The notes beneath the pieces are model-generated. The model did no database searches and was not told the origin of the DNA. It saw only the letters and a list, made by a program, of their open reading frames with translations. The translations under genes were made by a program, and so were the position numbers. A DNA stretch of 61,295 nucleotides, filler included. It is 4 parts of 4 records of this genome, joined end to end, with 100 filler letters (N's around TTAATTAATTAA, not from the genome) between each part and the next. Parts side by side here need not be neighbours in the genome. Positions count along the whole stretch, not along the records: positions 16,745 to 48,401 come from DRR378314_830; positions 48,502 to 61,295 come from DRR378314_834; 2 more parts are not named here. One strand, given 5' to 3'. This document shows positions 39,284 through 48,930 of the stretch, piece by piece (the first letter of the stretch is position 1; each line of letters starts with the position of its first letter).

Positions 39284-41191
39284 ATGCGCCGACCTCTGAC
39301 CTTAAAAGACCACCACCACGAGCAGCGGATTTTCAGCTTTCGGCTGCTGGTGAGCGCCATTCTGGTCACCCTGCTGACCGTGGGGCTGGTGGGGCGCATG
39401 GCCTGGCTGCAGATTTTCCAGCACAGCCGCTATACCACGCTCAGCGATGAAAACCGGGTGCAGACCCAGGCGGTGCCGCCGCCGCGCGGCCTGATCACCG
39501 ACCGCAACGGCGAGATTCTGGCCGCCAACCGGCCGGACTTCACCGTGGAGGTGATCGTCGAGCAGATTCCCGACCTGCAGCGCACCCTGCGCGAGATCCA
39601 CCAGCTGGTGCCGCTGGAAAGCGACGACATCGAACGCTTCAACAAGCGCCTGCAGGGGCCGCGCCGGCCCTGGGACCCGATCCCGCTGCGCGGGCGCCTC
39701 AGCGAGGACGAAATCGCCCGTATCACGGTGAACCAGCACCGGCTGCCGGGCGTGCGCGTGGCCGCCAACCCGGTGCGCCACTACCCCCACGGCAAGCTGT
39801 TCTCCCATGTTCTGGGCTACGTGAACCGGCTCAACGCGGAAGACCTGGACGGCATGACCCTCACCGAGCAGGGCGATTACGCCGGCACCCACTACTACGG
39901 GCGCAGCGGTGTGGAGCGCTACTACGAGAACCGCCTGCACGGCCAGGTGGGTTACCGTCAGGTGGAAACCAACGCCCGCGGCCGGATACTGCGCGTGCTG
40001 GAGCAGAAGCCGCCGGTGCCCGGTGAAAACCTGCGCCTGACCCTGGATATGGACGTGCAGCGGGCCGCCGACGAAGCCCTCGGCGACCGGCGCGGCGCGG
40101 TGGTGGCCATCGACCCCCGCGACGGCAGCGTGCTGGCGTTCGTCAGCCGCCCGGTGTTCGACCCCAACCTGTTCGTCAACGGCATCTCCCACCAGGACTA
40201 CGCCCGCTACCGGGAAGACCTGGACAACCCGCTGTTCAACCGGGCGCTGCAGGGCCGCTACCCGCCCGGCTCCACGGTGAAGCCGTTTATCGGGCTGGCG
40301 GGCCTGGACGCCGGGGTCACCGACTGGCAGCGCACCATCTTCGACCCCGGCTACTACCAGCTGGAGGACAACCCGCACCGTTACCGGGACTGGAAGCGCT
40401 GGGGCCACGGCCATGTGGATATGAACAAGGCGGTGGTGCAATCCTGCGACACCTACTTCTATGACCTGGGCTTCAAGCTGGGTATTTCCCGCATGCACGA
40501 TTTCCTCAGCGACTTTTCGCTGGGTCAGCCCACCGGCATCGACCTGTTCAACGAGTCCTCCGGGCTGCTGCCGTCCAAGGAGTGGAAGCGCGCGGCGCGC
40601 GGCGCCACCTGGTACCACGGCGATACCATCAACGCCAGCATCGGCCAGGGCTTCATGCTCGCCACGCCGTTGCAGCTGGCCACCGCCACCGCGATTCTCG
40701 CCCATCACGGCAAGCAGGTGACGCCCACCCTGGCCGCCGACGCCCTGCGCGTGCCGCCGCGGCCGGACGTCACGCTGCGCCATTCGGAAAACTGGCAGCG
40801 CATGGAGGACACCATGGCCGAGGTGGTCCATGGCGAGCGCGGCACCGCCAAGGTCATGGCCGAAGGGGCGCCCTACCGGATGGGCGCCAAGACCGGCACC
40901 TCCCAGGTGTTCTCGGTGGGCCAGGAAGAGACCTACAACGAGGACGAACTGGCCGAGCGGCTGCTCGACCACGCCCTGATCATCGCCTTCGCGCCGGTGG
41001 AAGAGCCCGCCATCGCGGTGGCGGTGCTGGTGGAAAACGGCCGCCACGGCGGCTCCACCGCCGGCCCGGTGGCGCGCCAGGTAATGGACGCCTGGCTGCT
41101 CGACGACAACGGCGAGCTGGCGGTGCCGCCGCCACTGAACCGCACCCCGCAAACGCAAACCGCCGGCACCACCCCGGGAGGCACCCCATGA
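39284..41191 (+). CDS. mrdA: Penicillin-binding protein 2
   Basis: 'PPRGLITDRNG', SxxK 'GSTVK', 'SCD' and 'KTGT'. Confidence 0.95.
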   Translation: MRRPLTLKDHHHEQRIFSFRLLVSAILVTLLTVGLVGRMAWLQIFQHSRYTTLSDENRVQTQAVPPPRGLITDRNGEILAANRPDFTVEVIVEQIPDLQRTLREIHQLVPLESDDIERFNKRLQGPRRPWDPIPLRGRLSEDEIARITVNQHRLPGVRVAANPVRHYPHGKLFSHVLGYVNRLNAEDLDGMTLTEQGDYAGTHYYGRSGVERYYENRLHGQVGYRQVETNARGRILRVLEQKPPVPGENLRLTLDMDVQRAADEALGDRRGAVVAIDPRDGSVLAFVSRPVFDPNLFVNGISHQDYARYREDLDNPLFNRALQGRYPPGSTVKPFIGLAGLDAGVTDWQRTIFDPGYYQLEDNPHRYRDWKRWGHGHVDMNKAVVQSCDTYFYDLGFKLGISRMHDFLSDFSLGQPTGIDLFNESSGLLPSKEWKRAARGATWYHGDTINASIGQGFMLATPLQLATATAILAHHGKQVTPTLAADALRVPPRPDVTLRHSENWQRMEDTMAEVVHGERGTAKVMAEGAPYRMGAKTGTSQVFSVGQEETYNEDELAERLLDHALIIAFAPVEEPAIAVAVLVENGRHGGSTAGPVARQVMDAWLLDDNGELAVPPPLNRTPQTQTAGTTPGGTP

Positions 41192-42327
41192 GCGTACGGG
41201 AATACCAACGGCAGATGCCCCTGGGCGGCGGTCTCGGCACCAAGCTGTCGGCGCGCCTGCACCTGGACGCGCCGTTGCTGACGGCACTGTTGCTTCTGGT
41301 GCTGGGCGGGCTCGCCGTGCTCTACAGCGCCGGCGGCGGCGACCTGAACCTGGTGGTGCGCCAGTCGATCCGGTTGGGCGCGGGCTTTCTGGTGCTGCTG
41401 GTGCTGGCGCAGATCCCGCCGCGCAGTTACCGCTTCTGGACCCCGGTGATCTACGCCATCGGCGTAATCCTGCTGGCCCTGGTGGTGCTGGTCGGCACCG
41501 AGGCCAAGGGCGCCACCCGCTGGCTGACGCTGCCGGGCATCGGCCGTTTCCAGCCCGCCGAGCTGATGAAACTCGCGGTGCCGGCGATGGTGGCGTGGTT
41601 CTTCAGCGAACGGAACCTGCCGCCCAACAAGCTGGACGTGCTGGCGGCGCTGGGGCTGATTTTCCTGCCGGTGGTGATGATCGCGGTGCAGCCGGACCTG
41701 GGCACCTCGATCCTGATTGCCGCCGCCGGCCTGGTGGTGCTGTTCATGGCCGGCCTGTCCTGGCGGCTGATCAGCCTGGCGGTGCTGGTGCTGGTGATCG
41801 CCGCGCCGCTGATGTATTTCTTCGTCCTGCACGACTACCAGCGCAGCCGGGTGGACACCTTTCTCAACCCGGAGGCGGACCCGCGCGGCGCCGGCTGGAA
41901 CATTATCCAGTCGAAGACCGCCATCGGCTCCGGCGGCGTCACCGGCAAGGGCTGGCTGGACGGCACCCAGTCGCGGCTGGATTTTCTGCCCGAATCGTCC
42001 ACCGACTTCATTCTCGCCGTGCTCGGCGAGGAGTTCGGCCTGATCGGCTTCGTGCTGCTGATCTCGATCTATCTGGTGATCGTCGGGCGCGGCTTTTTTA
42101 TCAGCTGGCAGGCCCAGGAGACCTTCTCGCGGCTGCTGGCGGCGGCGCTGACAATGACGTTTTTTATTTATATTTTTGTGAACGTCGGCATGGTGTCCGG
42201 ACTCTTACCGGTGGTGGGCGTACCCTTACCCCTGGTGAGCTATGGTGGCACCTCGATCGTAACCCTGATGGCCAGCTTCGGCATGCTGATGTCGATTCAC
42301 ACCCATCGCCGTCTGATGACGTATTAA
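41188..42327 (+). CDS. rodA: SEDS peptidoglycan glycosyltransferase RodA
   Basis: 'GATRWL', 'QPAELMK', 'QPDLGT', 'QSKTAIGSGG', 'LPESSTDFI' and 'SYGGTS'; ATGA coupling at 41188. Confidence 0.95.
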   Translation: MSVREYQRQMPLGGGLGTKLSARLHLDAPLLTALLLLVLGGLAVLYSAGGGDLNLVVRQSIRLGAGFLVLLVLAQIPPRSYRFWTPVIYAIGVILLALVVLVGTEAKGATRWLTLPGIGRFQPAELMKLAVPAMVAWFFSERNLPPNKLDVLAALGLIFLPVVMIAVQPDLGTSILIAAAGLVVLFMAGLSWRLISLAVLVLVIAAPLMYFFVLHDYQRSRVDTFLNPEADPRGAGWNIIQSKTAIGSGGVTGKGWLDGTQSRLDFLPESSTDFILAVLGEEFGLIGFVLLISIYLVIVGRGFFISWQAQETFSRLLAAALTMTFFIYIFVNVGMVSGLLPVVGVPLPLVSYGGTSIVTLMASFGMLMSIHTHRRLMTY

Positions 42328-42339
42328 AGGAGAGAGTTG

Positions 42340-43389
42340 GTGAAAAAAGGATTGTCGGTTGTACTGCGGGCGACCCTGGCGGGCGTCCTGCTCAACGGTG
42401 CCGCCCTGGCCGAGACCACCAAAACCAGCAATTACGCGGAACATCCGGAAGCCGGCGCGGTGATCGAGGCGCTCGGCGAACGGGGTTTCGATACCGACCG
42501 GGTGCGCCGCCTGCTGGCCGACGCCAAACGCCAGGACAGCATTCTGGAAGCCATCGCCCGGCCGGCGGAGAAATCCCTCACCTGGGCCGAGTACAGCCGT
42601 ATCTTTCTGACCGATACCCGGGTGGAACAGGGGGTCCAGTTCGCCCGCGAACACGCCGACACCCTGGCCCGCGCCGAGCAGAAATACGATGTGCCCCGCG
42701 AGATCATTCTCGCCATTATCGGCGTGGAAACCAGCTACGGCCGCAACAAAGGCCGCTACCGGGTGCTCGACGCCCTGGCCACGCTGGGCTTCGACTATCC
42801 ACCGCGGGCGTCGTTTTTCCGCAAGCAGTTGGTGGCGCTGTTCGAAATGGAGCGCGACGCGCACATCGACGCCAGCACCATCACCGGCTCCTACGCCGGC
42901 GCCATGGGCTTCCCGCAGTTTATTCCCACCAGCTACCAGGCCTACGCCGTGGATTTCGACGGCGATGACGTGATCGACCTGGTCAACAGCCCGGCGGACG
43001 CCATCGGCAGCGTGGCCAGCTACTTCGCCGCGCACAAGTGGCAGCCCGGCCTGCCGGTGGCCGCCCGCGCCCGCGTTGACGGCGACGATTACGACGCGCT
43101 GGTGAAAAAGGGTTACAAGCCGGGCTTTACGCTGGCGCAGGCCCGGAAGAACGGCGTAGTGGCAGTATCCTGCGAGGGTGATAGCCTGAGCAGCGACTAC
43201 TGTTTCGACCTGCCGGCCGACACCTCCGTGGCGATGCTCGACCTGATCGGCGACGATGGCCACGAGTTCTGGCTGGTAAGCGACAACTTTTATGTCATTA
43301 CCCGTTATAACCACAGCGAACTGTACGCCATGGCGGTATTGCAACTGTCCCACCGTATCGCCGATGCCCTGGAGGCCCGATCTCTGTGA
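42340..43389 (+). CDS. mltB: Lytic murein transglycosylase B
   Basis: 'IIGVETSYG', 'GSYAGAMGFPQFIP', 'AVDFDGD' and 'ITRYNHS'. Confidence 0.93.
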   Translation: MKKGLSVVLRATLAGVLLNGAALAETTKTSNYAEHPEAGAVIEALGERGFDTDRVRRLLADAKRQDSILEAIARPAEKSLTWAEYSRIFLTDTRVEQGVQFAREHADTLARAEQKYDVPREIILAIIGVETSYGRNKGRYRVLDALATLGFDYPPRASFFRKQLVALFEMERDAHIDASTITGSYAGAMGFPQFIPTSYQAYAVDFDGDDVIDLVNSPADAIGSVASYFAAHKWQPGLPVAARARVDGDDYDALVKKGYKPGFTLAQARKNGVVAVSCEGDSLSSDYCFDLPADTSVAMLDLIGDDGHEFWLVSDNFYVITRYNHSELYAMAVLQLSHRIADALEARSL

Positions 43390-44282
43390 TTAGAGCGCTT
43401 TTTATCGTCACCACGGCTCTCGCCCTGGGCGCCTGCGCCACCGCGCCGGCGCCCACCGAGCCCCCCGCCCAGACGCCGAAACCGGCCGACGGCGCGCCCG
43501 GCTCCGACCGCTACGAGCACAAGGTGGATTCCGGACCCGAGCAGCGCCCGGACGTGGAAAGCCAGCCCGAGCCGGTGCCGAAAGAGGAGCCGCTGAGCGC
43601 CTACGGCAACCCCAAGACCTACAGCGTCTGGGGCAAGACCTATCAGGTAATGGAATCCGCCGCCGGCTATGAAGAAGAGGGCCTGGCCTCCTGGTACGGG
43701 CGCAAGTTCCACGGCTACCGCACCTCCAGCGGTGAGCCGTTCGATATGTACCGCTTCACCGCCGCCCACCGGACCCTGCCGCTGCCCACCTACGCCCGGG
43801 TCACCAACCTGGACAACGGCAAAAGCCTGGTGGTGCGCGTCAACGACCGTGGCCCGTTCCATTCCGAGCGCATTATCGACTTGTCCTGGGCGGCGGCGGC
43901 GCGGCTCGGCATCGAGGGCAAGGGCACCGGCCGCGTGCGCGTGGAGGCCCTGACCGTGCGCGAGAAGATCAAGCCCAGCCGCGAAGGCACGGTGCCCACC
44001 GCCGTGCGCGCCGCCGTGGACAGCCCGCCGCCGGACACGGCCAAGGCCGCCGAGGGCGACGAACTGTACTTGCAGGCGGGCGCCTTCCAGGCCCTGGACA
44101 GCGCCCGCAACCTGGAGCGTGCCCTGCGCGACGAACTGAAACTGCCGGTGTCCGTGCGGCAGCCGGAAAGCAGTGCCCTGTACAAAGTATGGCTGGGCCC
44201 GTTTGCCAGCAACGAGGCCCGCGACCGGGCCCGCCAGGCGATACGCCAGGCGGGCTTTACCCCACCCATCCCCGTGAACTGA
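43386..44282 (+). CDS. rlpA: Septal lytic transglycosylase lipoprotein RlpA (DPBB + SPOR)
   Basis: Lipobox LGA|C, 'ASWYG', 'TAAHRTLP', 'VNDRGPF' and SPOR 'LQAGAF'. Confidence 0.93.
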   Translation: MIRALFIVTTALALGACATAPAPTEPPAQTPKPADGAPGSDRYEHKVDSGPEQRPDVESQPEPVPKEEPLSAYGNPKTYSVWGKTYQVMESAAGYEEEGLASWYGRKFHGYRTSSGEPFDMYRFTAAHRTLPLPTYARVTNLDNGKSLVVRVNDRGPFHSERIIDLSWAAAARLGIEGKGTGRVRVEALTVREKIKPSREGTVPTAVRAAVDSPPPDTAKAAEGDELYLQAGAFQALDSARNLERALRDELKLPVSVRQPESSALYKVWLGPFASNEARDRARQAIRQAGFTPPIPVN

Positions 44283-44300
44283 TCCGCCCGTAAGGCTGAA

Positions 44301-45476
44301 ATGATGACTCAATACCTTTCCCCGCAAACCCTGCTGTTCCGGGTGTTCATCTGTCTCTCCCTGCTCACCCTGGCGCCGCTGAGCGCCGCCAACGGCCTGA
44401 TACCCCGCGCCCCCGACGTGGACGCACGCGGCTATCTGTTGATGGACGCCAAAAGCGGCCAGGTGATCGTCGAGCACAACGCCGAGCAGGAGCTGCCGCC
44501 GGCCAGTCTCACCAAAATGATGACCGCCTATCTGGTGGAAAAGGAGATCGCCGCCGGCAATATCACCGAACAGGAGATGGTGCCGATCAGCGTCAAGGCG
44601 TGGCGCATGGGCGGCTCGCGCATGTTCATTCAGGAAGGCACCCGGGTATCGGTGCAGGATTTGCTGAAAGGCGTGGTGATCCAATCCGGCAATGACGCCA
44701 GCGTCGCCCTGGCCGAGTACGTGGCCGGCTCCGAGGAAGCCTTCGCCGACCTGATGAACAACCAGGCCCGCGAACTGGGCATGGACGACACCCACTTCAT
44801 GAACGCCACCGGCTGGCCGGCGGAGAACCACTACACCACCGCCCACGACCTGGCGATTCTGGCGCGGGCTATCATCCGTGACTTCCCGGAACACTATGAT
44901 CTCTACGCCCAGAAGGAATTCACCTACAACGGCATCACCCAGCACAACCGCAACCTGCTGCTGTGGCGGGACGACAGCGTCGACGGCCTGAAAACCGGCC
45001 ACACCGAGGAAGCCGGCTACTGCCTGGTGTCCTCCGCCAAGCAGGACGGCATGCGCCTGATCGCGGTGGTGATGGGCACCGATTCCGAGGCGGCGCGGGC
45101 GCGCGAATCCCAGAAGCTGCTGAGCTACGGCTTCCGCTTCTACGAGACCTATGAAGGCTACGGCGCCGGCGACGTGCTCGACACGCCGGCGGTATGGATG
45201 GGCGCCGCCAATCAGGTGCGTCTGGGCCTGGAAGAGGACCTGATTCTCACCGTGCCCAAGGACAGCCAGGACCAGCTGAAGGCGTCCATGTCGATCCGGC
45301 CGGAGCTGCGCGCGCCGATCCGCGAAGGCGAACAGTACGGCACCCTGACGGTCACGCTGGCCGACGAGACCGTGGCGCAGCGCCCGCTGGTGGCGCTGGA
45401 AAACGTGGAAGAAGCCGGCTTCTTTGCCAAGATCTGGGACCACGTCGTATTGTTCTTTAAAGGATTGTTCAGCTAG
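44301..45476 (+). CDS. D-alanyl-D-alanine carboxypeptidase (PBP5/6, DacA/DacC)
   Basis: SxxK 'ASLTK', 'SGND' and 'KTGHT'; PBP5 C-terminal domain. Confidence 0.93.
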   Translation: MMTQYLSPQTLLFRVFICLSLLTLAPLSAANGLIPRAPDVDARGYLLMDAKSGQVIVEHNAEQELPPASLTKMMTAYLVEKEIAAGNITEQEMVPISVKAWRMGGSRMFIQEGTRVSVQDLLKGVVIQSGNDASVALAEYVAGSEEAFADLMNNQARELGMDDTHFMNATGWPAENHYTTAHDLAILARAIIRDFPEHYDLYAQKEFTYNGITQHNRNLLLWRDDSVDGLKTGHTEEAGYCLVSSAKQDGMRLIAVVMGTDSEAARARESQKLLSYGFRFYETYEGYGAGDVLDTPAVWMGAANQVRLGLEEDLILTVPKDSQDQLKASMSIRPELRAPIREGEQYGTLTVTLADETVAQRPLVALENVEEAGFFAKIWDHVVLFFKGLFS

Positions 45477-45485
45477 AGGCCGCTC

Positions 45486-46358
45486 ATGGCGAACGGCAAG
45501 GTCTACCTTAACGGCGAATTCCTGGACCCGGAGCGGGCCCGTATTTCGCCCATGGACCGGGGCTTTCTGTTCGCCGACGGCGTCTACGAGGTGATTCCCG
45601 CCTTCAACGGCGTGCTGTTCCGCCTCGATGCTCATCTGCAGCGCCTGGAACGGTCGCTGGCGGAGGTGTCCATCGCCAACCCCCACGACCGGGCCGGATG
45701 GCGGCGGCTCTGCGAGGAGATGGTGGCCGCCAATGGCGGCGGCAATCTGTCCGTGTATCTGCAGATCACCCGCGGCGTGGCCGACAAGCGCGACCACGCC
45801 TTTCCGGATCCGCCGGTGGCGCCCACCGTGTTTCTTACCAGCGCGCCGATCCCGGTGCCCGCCGCCGACATCCTGCACCAGACCCGGGGCGCGGCGGCCA
45901 TCACCCTGGCGGACACCCGCTGGGCGCGCTGCGACATCAAGTCGATTTCGCTGCTGCCCAATATCCTGCTGCGCCAGCATGCGGTGGCGTCCGGCGCCGT
46001 GGAAGCGGTGCTGCTGCGCGAGGGCCTGGTCACCGAAGGGGCCGCCAGCAACGTGTTCACGGTGCATAACGGCGAGGTGAGCACGCCGCCGCACAGCGCC
46101 CGCATTCTGGGCGGCATCACCCGCGACCTGGTGGTGGAGCTGTGCCGCGAGCACGGCATCCCGGTGGTGGAGCGGGAGATTCCCGAAGCGCGGCTCCACG
46201 ACGCCGACGAAATCTGGGTGAGCAGCTCCACCAAGGATGTGGTGCCGATCACCCGCCTGAACGACCGCCCGGTGGGCGACGGCCGGCCCGGTGCCACTTG
46301 GAAAACGCTGTCGCGCCACTATATTCAGTTCAAGCGCCGCCTTTGCGGCCTGGACTGA
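45486..46358 (+). CDS. Fold-type IV PLP aminotransferase, D-amino-acid transaminase-like
   Basis: 'DRGFLFADGVYEV', 'YLQITRG', 'RDHAFP', 'IKSISLL' and 'ILGGITR'. Confidence 0.85.
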   Translation: MANGKVYLNGEFLDPERARISPMDRGFLFADGVYEVIPAFNGVLFRLDAHLQRLERSLAEVSIANPHDRAGWRRLCEEMVAANGGGNLSVYLQITRGVADKRDHAFPDPPVAPTVFLTSAPIPVPAADILHQTRGAAAITLADTRWARCDIKSISLLPNILLRQHAVASGAVEAVLLREGLVTEGAASNVFTVHNGEVSTPPHSARILGGITRDLVVELCREHGIPVVEREIPEARLHDADEIWVSSSTKDVVPITRLNDRPVGDGRPGATWKTLSRHYIQFKRRLCGLD

Positions 46359-46384
46359 GACACTGAACGAAAGAGAGACCGACC

Positions 46385-46654
46385 ATGGCGATCCGCGAAG
46401 ACCTGTGGGACTTTCCCCACGACATGCAGCTCAAGGTCATGGGCGCCGCCGATGCGCCCCTGGAAGACGCGGTGGCGGACATCCTGGAGCAGCATGTGGC
46501 GGATTTCGACCGCCACGCCCATCTGAGCAGCCGCCCCAGCACCAAGGGCAACTTCGTGTCGATCACCGCCAGCGTGACGCTGCGCCACCGCGAACAGGTG
46601 GAAAGCATCTACCGGGATCTGGATGCCTGCCCGCACGTCAAAATCACCCTCTGA
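46385..46654 (+). CDS. ybeD: YbeD/DUF493 ACT-like protein
   Basis: 'DFP....KVMG', '[12 protein letters not shown]' and 'IYRDL'; upstream of lipB. Confidence 0.88.
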   Translation: MAIREDLWDFPHDMQLKVMGAADAPLEDAVADILEQHVADFDRHAHLSSRPSTKGNFVSITASVTLRHREQVESIYRDLDACPHVKITL

Positions 46655-46667
46655 GCCGGCGCCCGCC

Positions 46668-47345
46668 ATGCCCACCACGCCGGTCACCGTGCGTCATTTC
46701 CCCAGAGTGGACTACCCGTCCTGCTGGCAGGCAATGAAGGATTTCACCGAGCAGCGCGACGCGCACACCGGCGACGAACTCTGGGTGCTGGAGCACCCGC
46801 CGGTTTATACCCTGGGCCAGGCCGGCAAACCGGAGCACATCCTCGATCCCGGCGACATCCCGGTGGTGCACAGTGACCGGGGCGGCCAGGTGACCTACCA
46901 CGGCCCCGGGCAGACGGTGGTCTACCTGCTGCTGGACGTGCGCCGGCTGGGCCTGGGCGCCCGCGCCGTGGTCACCGCCATTGAGGACAGCGTGGTGGAA
47001 TACCTGCGCGACCAGGGTCTGGACGCGGAGAACCGGCCCGGCGCCCCCGGCGTCTATGTGGCCGGCGCCAAGATCGCCTCGCTGGGGCTGCGCATCCGCC
47101 AGCGCGGCAGCTACCACGGCCTGTCGCTCAACCGCGAGCCGGACCCGGCGCCCTGGCGACGCATCAACCCCTGCGGCTACGCCGGGCAGCCGGTCACCAG
47201 CCTGGCCGCCGAAGGCGTGACGGTGTCCCGCCAGGCGCTGGAGCAGGATCTGGTTACCATTCTGTCGCGCCGGCTGGGGCTCACCCCCCGGACAGCCCCG
47301 CCGCCGGACTGGTACACTCCATTGCAGAGCCCACAAGGCAGATAA
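46668..47345 (+). CDS. lipB: Octanoyltransferase LipB
   Basis: 'EHPPVYTLG', '[13 protein letters not shown]', 'KIASLG' and 'INPCG'; ATG at 46668. Confidence 0.95.
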   Translation: MPTTPVTVRHFPRVDYPSCWQAMKDFTEQRDAHTGDELWVLEHPPVYTLGQAGKPEHILDPGDIPVVHSDRGGQVTYHGPGQTVVYLLLDVRRLGLGARAVVTAIEDSVVEYLRDQGLDAENRPGAPGVYVAGAKIASLGLRIRQRGSYHGLSLNREPDPAPWRRINPCGYAGQPVTSLAAEGVTVSRQALEQDLVTILSRRLGLTPRTAPPPDWYTPLQSPQGR

Positions 47346-47362
47346 CTTCGAGAGACGTTCCC

Positions 47363-48367
47363 ATGAGCGAAGCCCAGGCCGACCGCCCGGTGAAAGCGAA
47401 GGTTAAAGTCGGCGACAAACTACGCGGCGCCGACAAGGTCCGCACCATTCCGCTGGTCAATGAAGTCCGCCCGGCCCGCGAGCGCAAACCGGACTGGATC
47501 CGCGTGCGGGTACCCGCCAACGGCGAGATCCAGCGCATCAAATCGATGCTGCGCAAGCAGAAGCTGCACACCGTGTGCGAGGAAGCGGCCTGCCCCAACC
47601 TGCCGGAATGCTTCGGCGGCGGCACCGCCACCTTCATGATCATGGGCGACATCTGCACGCGCCGCTGCTCGTTCTGCGACGTGGGCTTCGGCCGCCCCAA
47701 CGGGCTGGATCCGGATGAGCCCAAGCATCTGGCGGAATCGGTGGCCGACCTGGGGCTCAAGTATGTGGTGATCACCTCGGTGGACCGGGACGACCTGCCC
47801 GACGGCGGCGCCGCCCACTTCGCCGAGTGCATCCGCGAAGTGCGCGCCCTGAGCCCGGACACCAAGGTGGAAATCCTGACCCCGGATTTCCGGCCCTGCC
47901 TGGACGACGCCCTGGACATTCTCGACGCCACTCCGCCGGACGTGTTCAACCACAACATCGAGACGGTGCCGCACCTGTACAAAAAAGCCCGCCCCGGCGC
48001 CCGCTACCAGCATTCCCTGGACCTGCTGCGGCGCTTCGGCGAGCGGCGTCCGGACGTGCCCACCAAGTCCGGCATCATGGTGGGCCTGGGCGAGACCAAC
48101 GATCAGGTCCTGGAAACGCTGCGCGACCTGCGCGACCACGGCGTCGACATGATCACCATCGGCCAGTACCTGCAGCCCAGCAAATTCCACGCGCCGGTGG
48201 AGCGCTACGTGCACCCGGACGACTTCAAGATGTTCGCCGTGGAAGGCCGCAAGATGGGCTTCACCTCGGTGGCCTCCGGCCCCATGGTGCGCAGCTCCTA
48301 CCACGCCGACCTGCAGCACAAGGGCATCGACGTCGGCGACCCGGAGAACCTGGCCCGCGAGCTCTAA
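47363..48367 (+). CDS. lipA: Lipoyl synthase (radical SAM)
   Basis: [20 protein letters not shown] and 'VRSSY'. Confidence 0.97.
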   Translation: MSEAQADRPVKAKVKVGDKLRGADKVRTIPLVNEVRPARERKPDWIRVRVPANGEIQRIKSMLRKQKLHTVCEEAACPNLPECFGGGTATFMIMGDICTRRCSFCDVGFGRPNGLDPDEPKHLAESVADLGLKYVVITSVDRDDLPDGGAAHFAECIREVRALSPDTKVEILTPDFRPCLDDALDILDATPPDVFNHNIETVPHLYKKARPGARYQHSLDLLRRFGERRPDVPTKSGIMVGLGETNDQVLETLRDLRDHGVDMITIGQYLQPSKFHAPVERYVHPDDFKMFAVEGRKMGFTSVASGPMVRSSYHADLQHKGIDVGDPENLAREL

Positions 48368-48373
48368 CCAACT

Positions 48374-48401
48374 TGTAGGAGCGGGCCTCGCCCGCGAAAG
48401 G
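48374..48401 (+). repeat. GTAG-family REP element at contig end
   Basis: TGTAGGAGCGGGCCTCGCCCGCGAAAGG = GTAG + GA + GCGGGC/GCCCGC hairpin + GAAAGG. Confidence 0.82.
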
Positions 48402-48501
48402 NNNNNNNNNNNNNNNNNNNNNNNNNNNNNNNNNNNNNNNNNNNNTTAATTAATTAANNNNNNNNNNNNNNNNNNNNNNNNNNNNNNNNNNNNNNNNNNN
48501 N
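48402..48501. other. Artificial contig linker
   Basis: N44-TTAATTAATTAA-N44. Confidence 0.99.
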
Positions 48502-48826
48502 CCAGGGCGCAGCCCCAGTCGTGGCCGATCAGCACCGCCTGGTCGGCGCCCAGGGCCTCGATCAACGCCACCACGTCGGCCACCAGCCGGCTTTGCCGGT
48601 AGGCGTCCACCTCGGCGGGGCCGCCGGTTTCACCGTAGCCGCGCAGGTCCGGGGCCACCGCGTGGTACCCGGATTGCGCCAGCGCCGGCAGCTGATAACG
48701 CCAGGAGGCCCAGCATTCCGGGAAACCGTGCAGGCAAAGCACCAACGGCGCCCCGGGTTCGCCGGCCTCGGCGATGAAGAAGTCCATTCCATTGGCGGCC
48801 AGGCGCCGTTCGCGGATAAATGCCAT
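48502..48826 (-). CDS. alpha/beta hydrolase, epoxide-hydrolase-like (5' part only, cut by linker)
   Basis: 'LHGFPE', 'APDLRGYG' and nucleophile elbow 'GHDWG'. Confidence 0.88.
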
Positions 48827-48930
48827 GTCGTGTTCAGTCTTTGCAGATGGTGGTTAAACGTCTGGTTTCCCTCGGGCCAGTCTGGCAATGTGACACTGGA
48901 TACTGTTCCTGACAAGAGCCTCAAGCTCCC

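Noticed and set aside
43305-46319. Very long antisense or alternate-frame ORFs (1004 aa here; also 16860-18983, 31535-33610, 39302-41287 and 58575-60320)
   Set aside because: They shadow well-identified genes in high-GC DNA where stop codons are scarce, and show no recognisable motifs
48889-48904. CRP-like site TGTGA-CACTGG-ATACT upstream of the adenylate cyclase
   Set aside because: Only one half-site matches TGTGA-N6-TCACA
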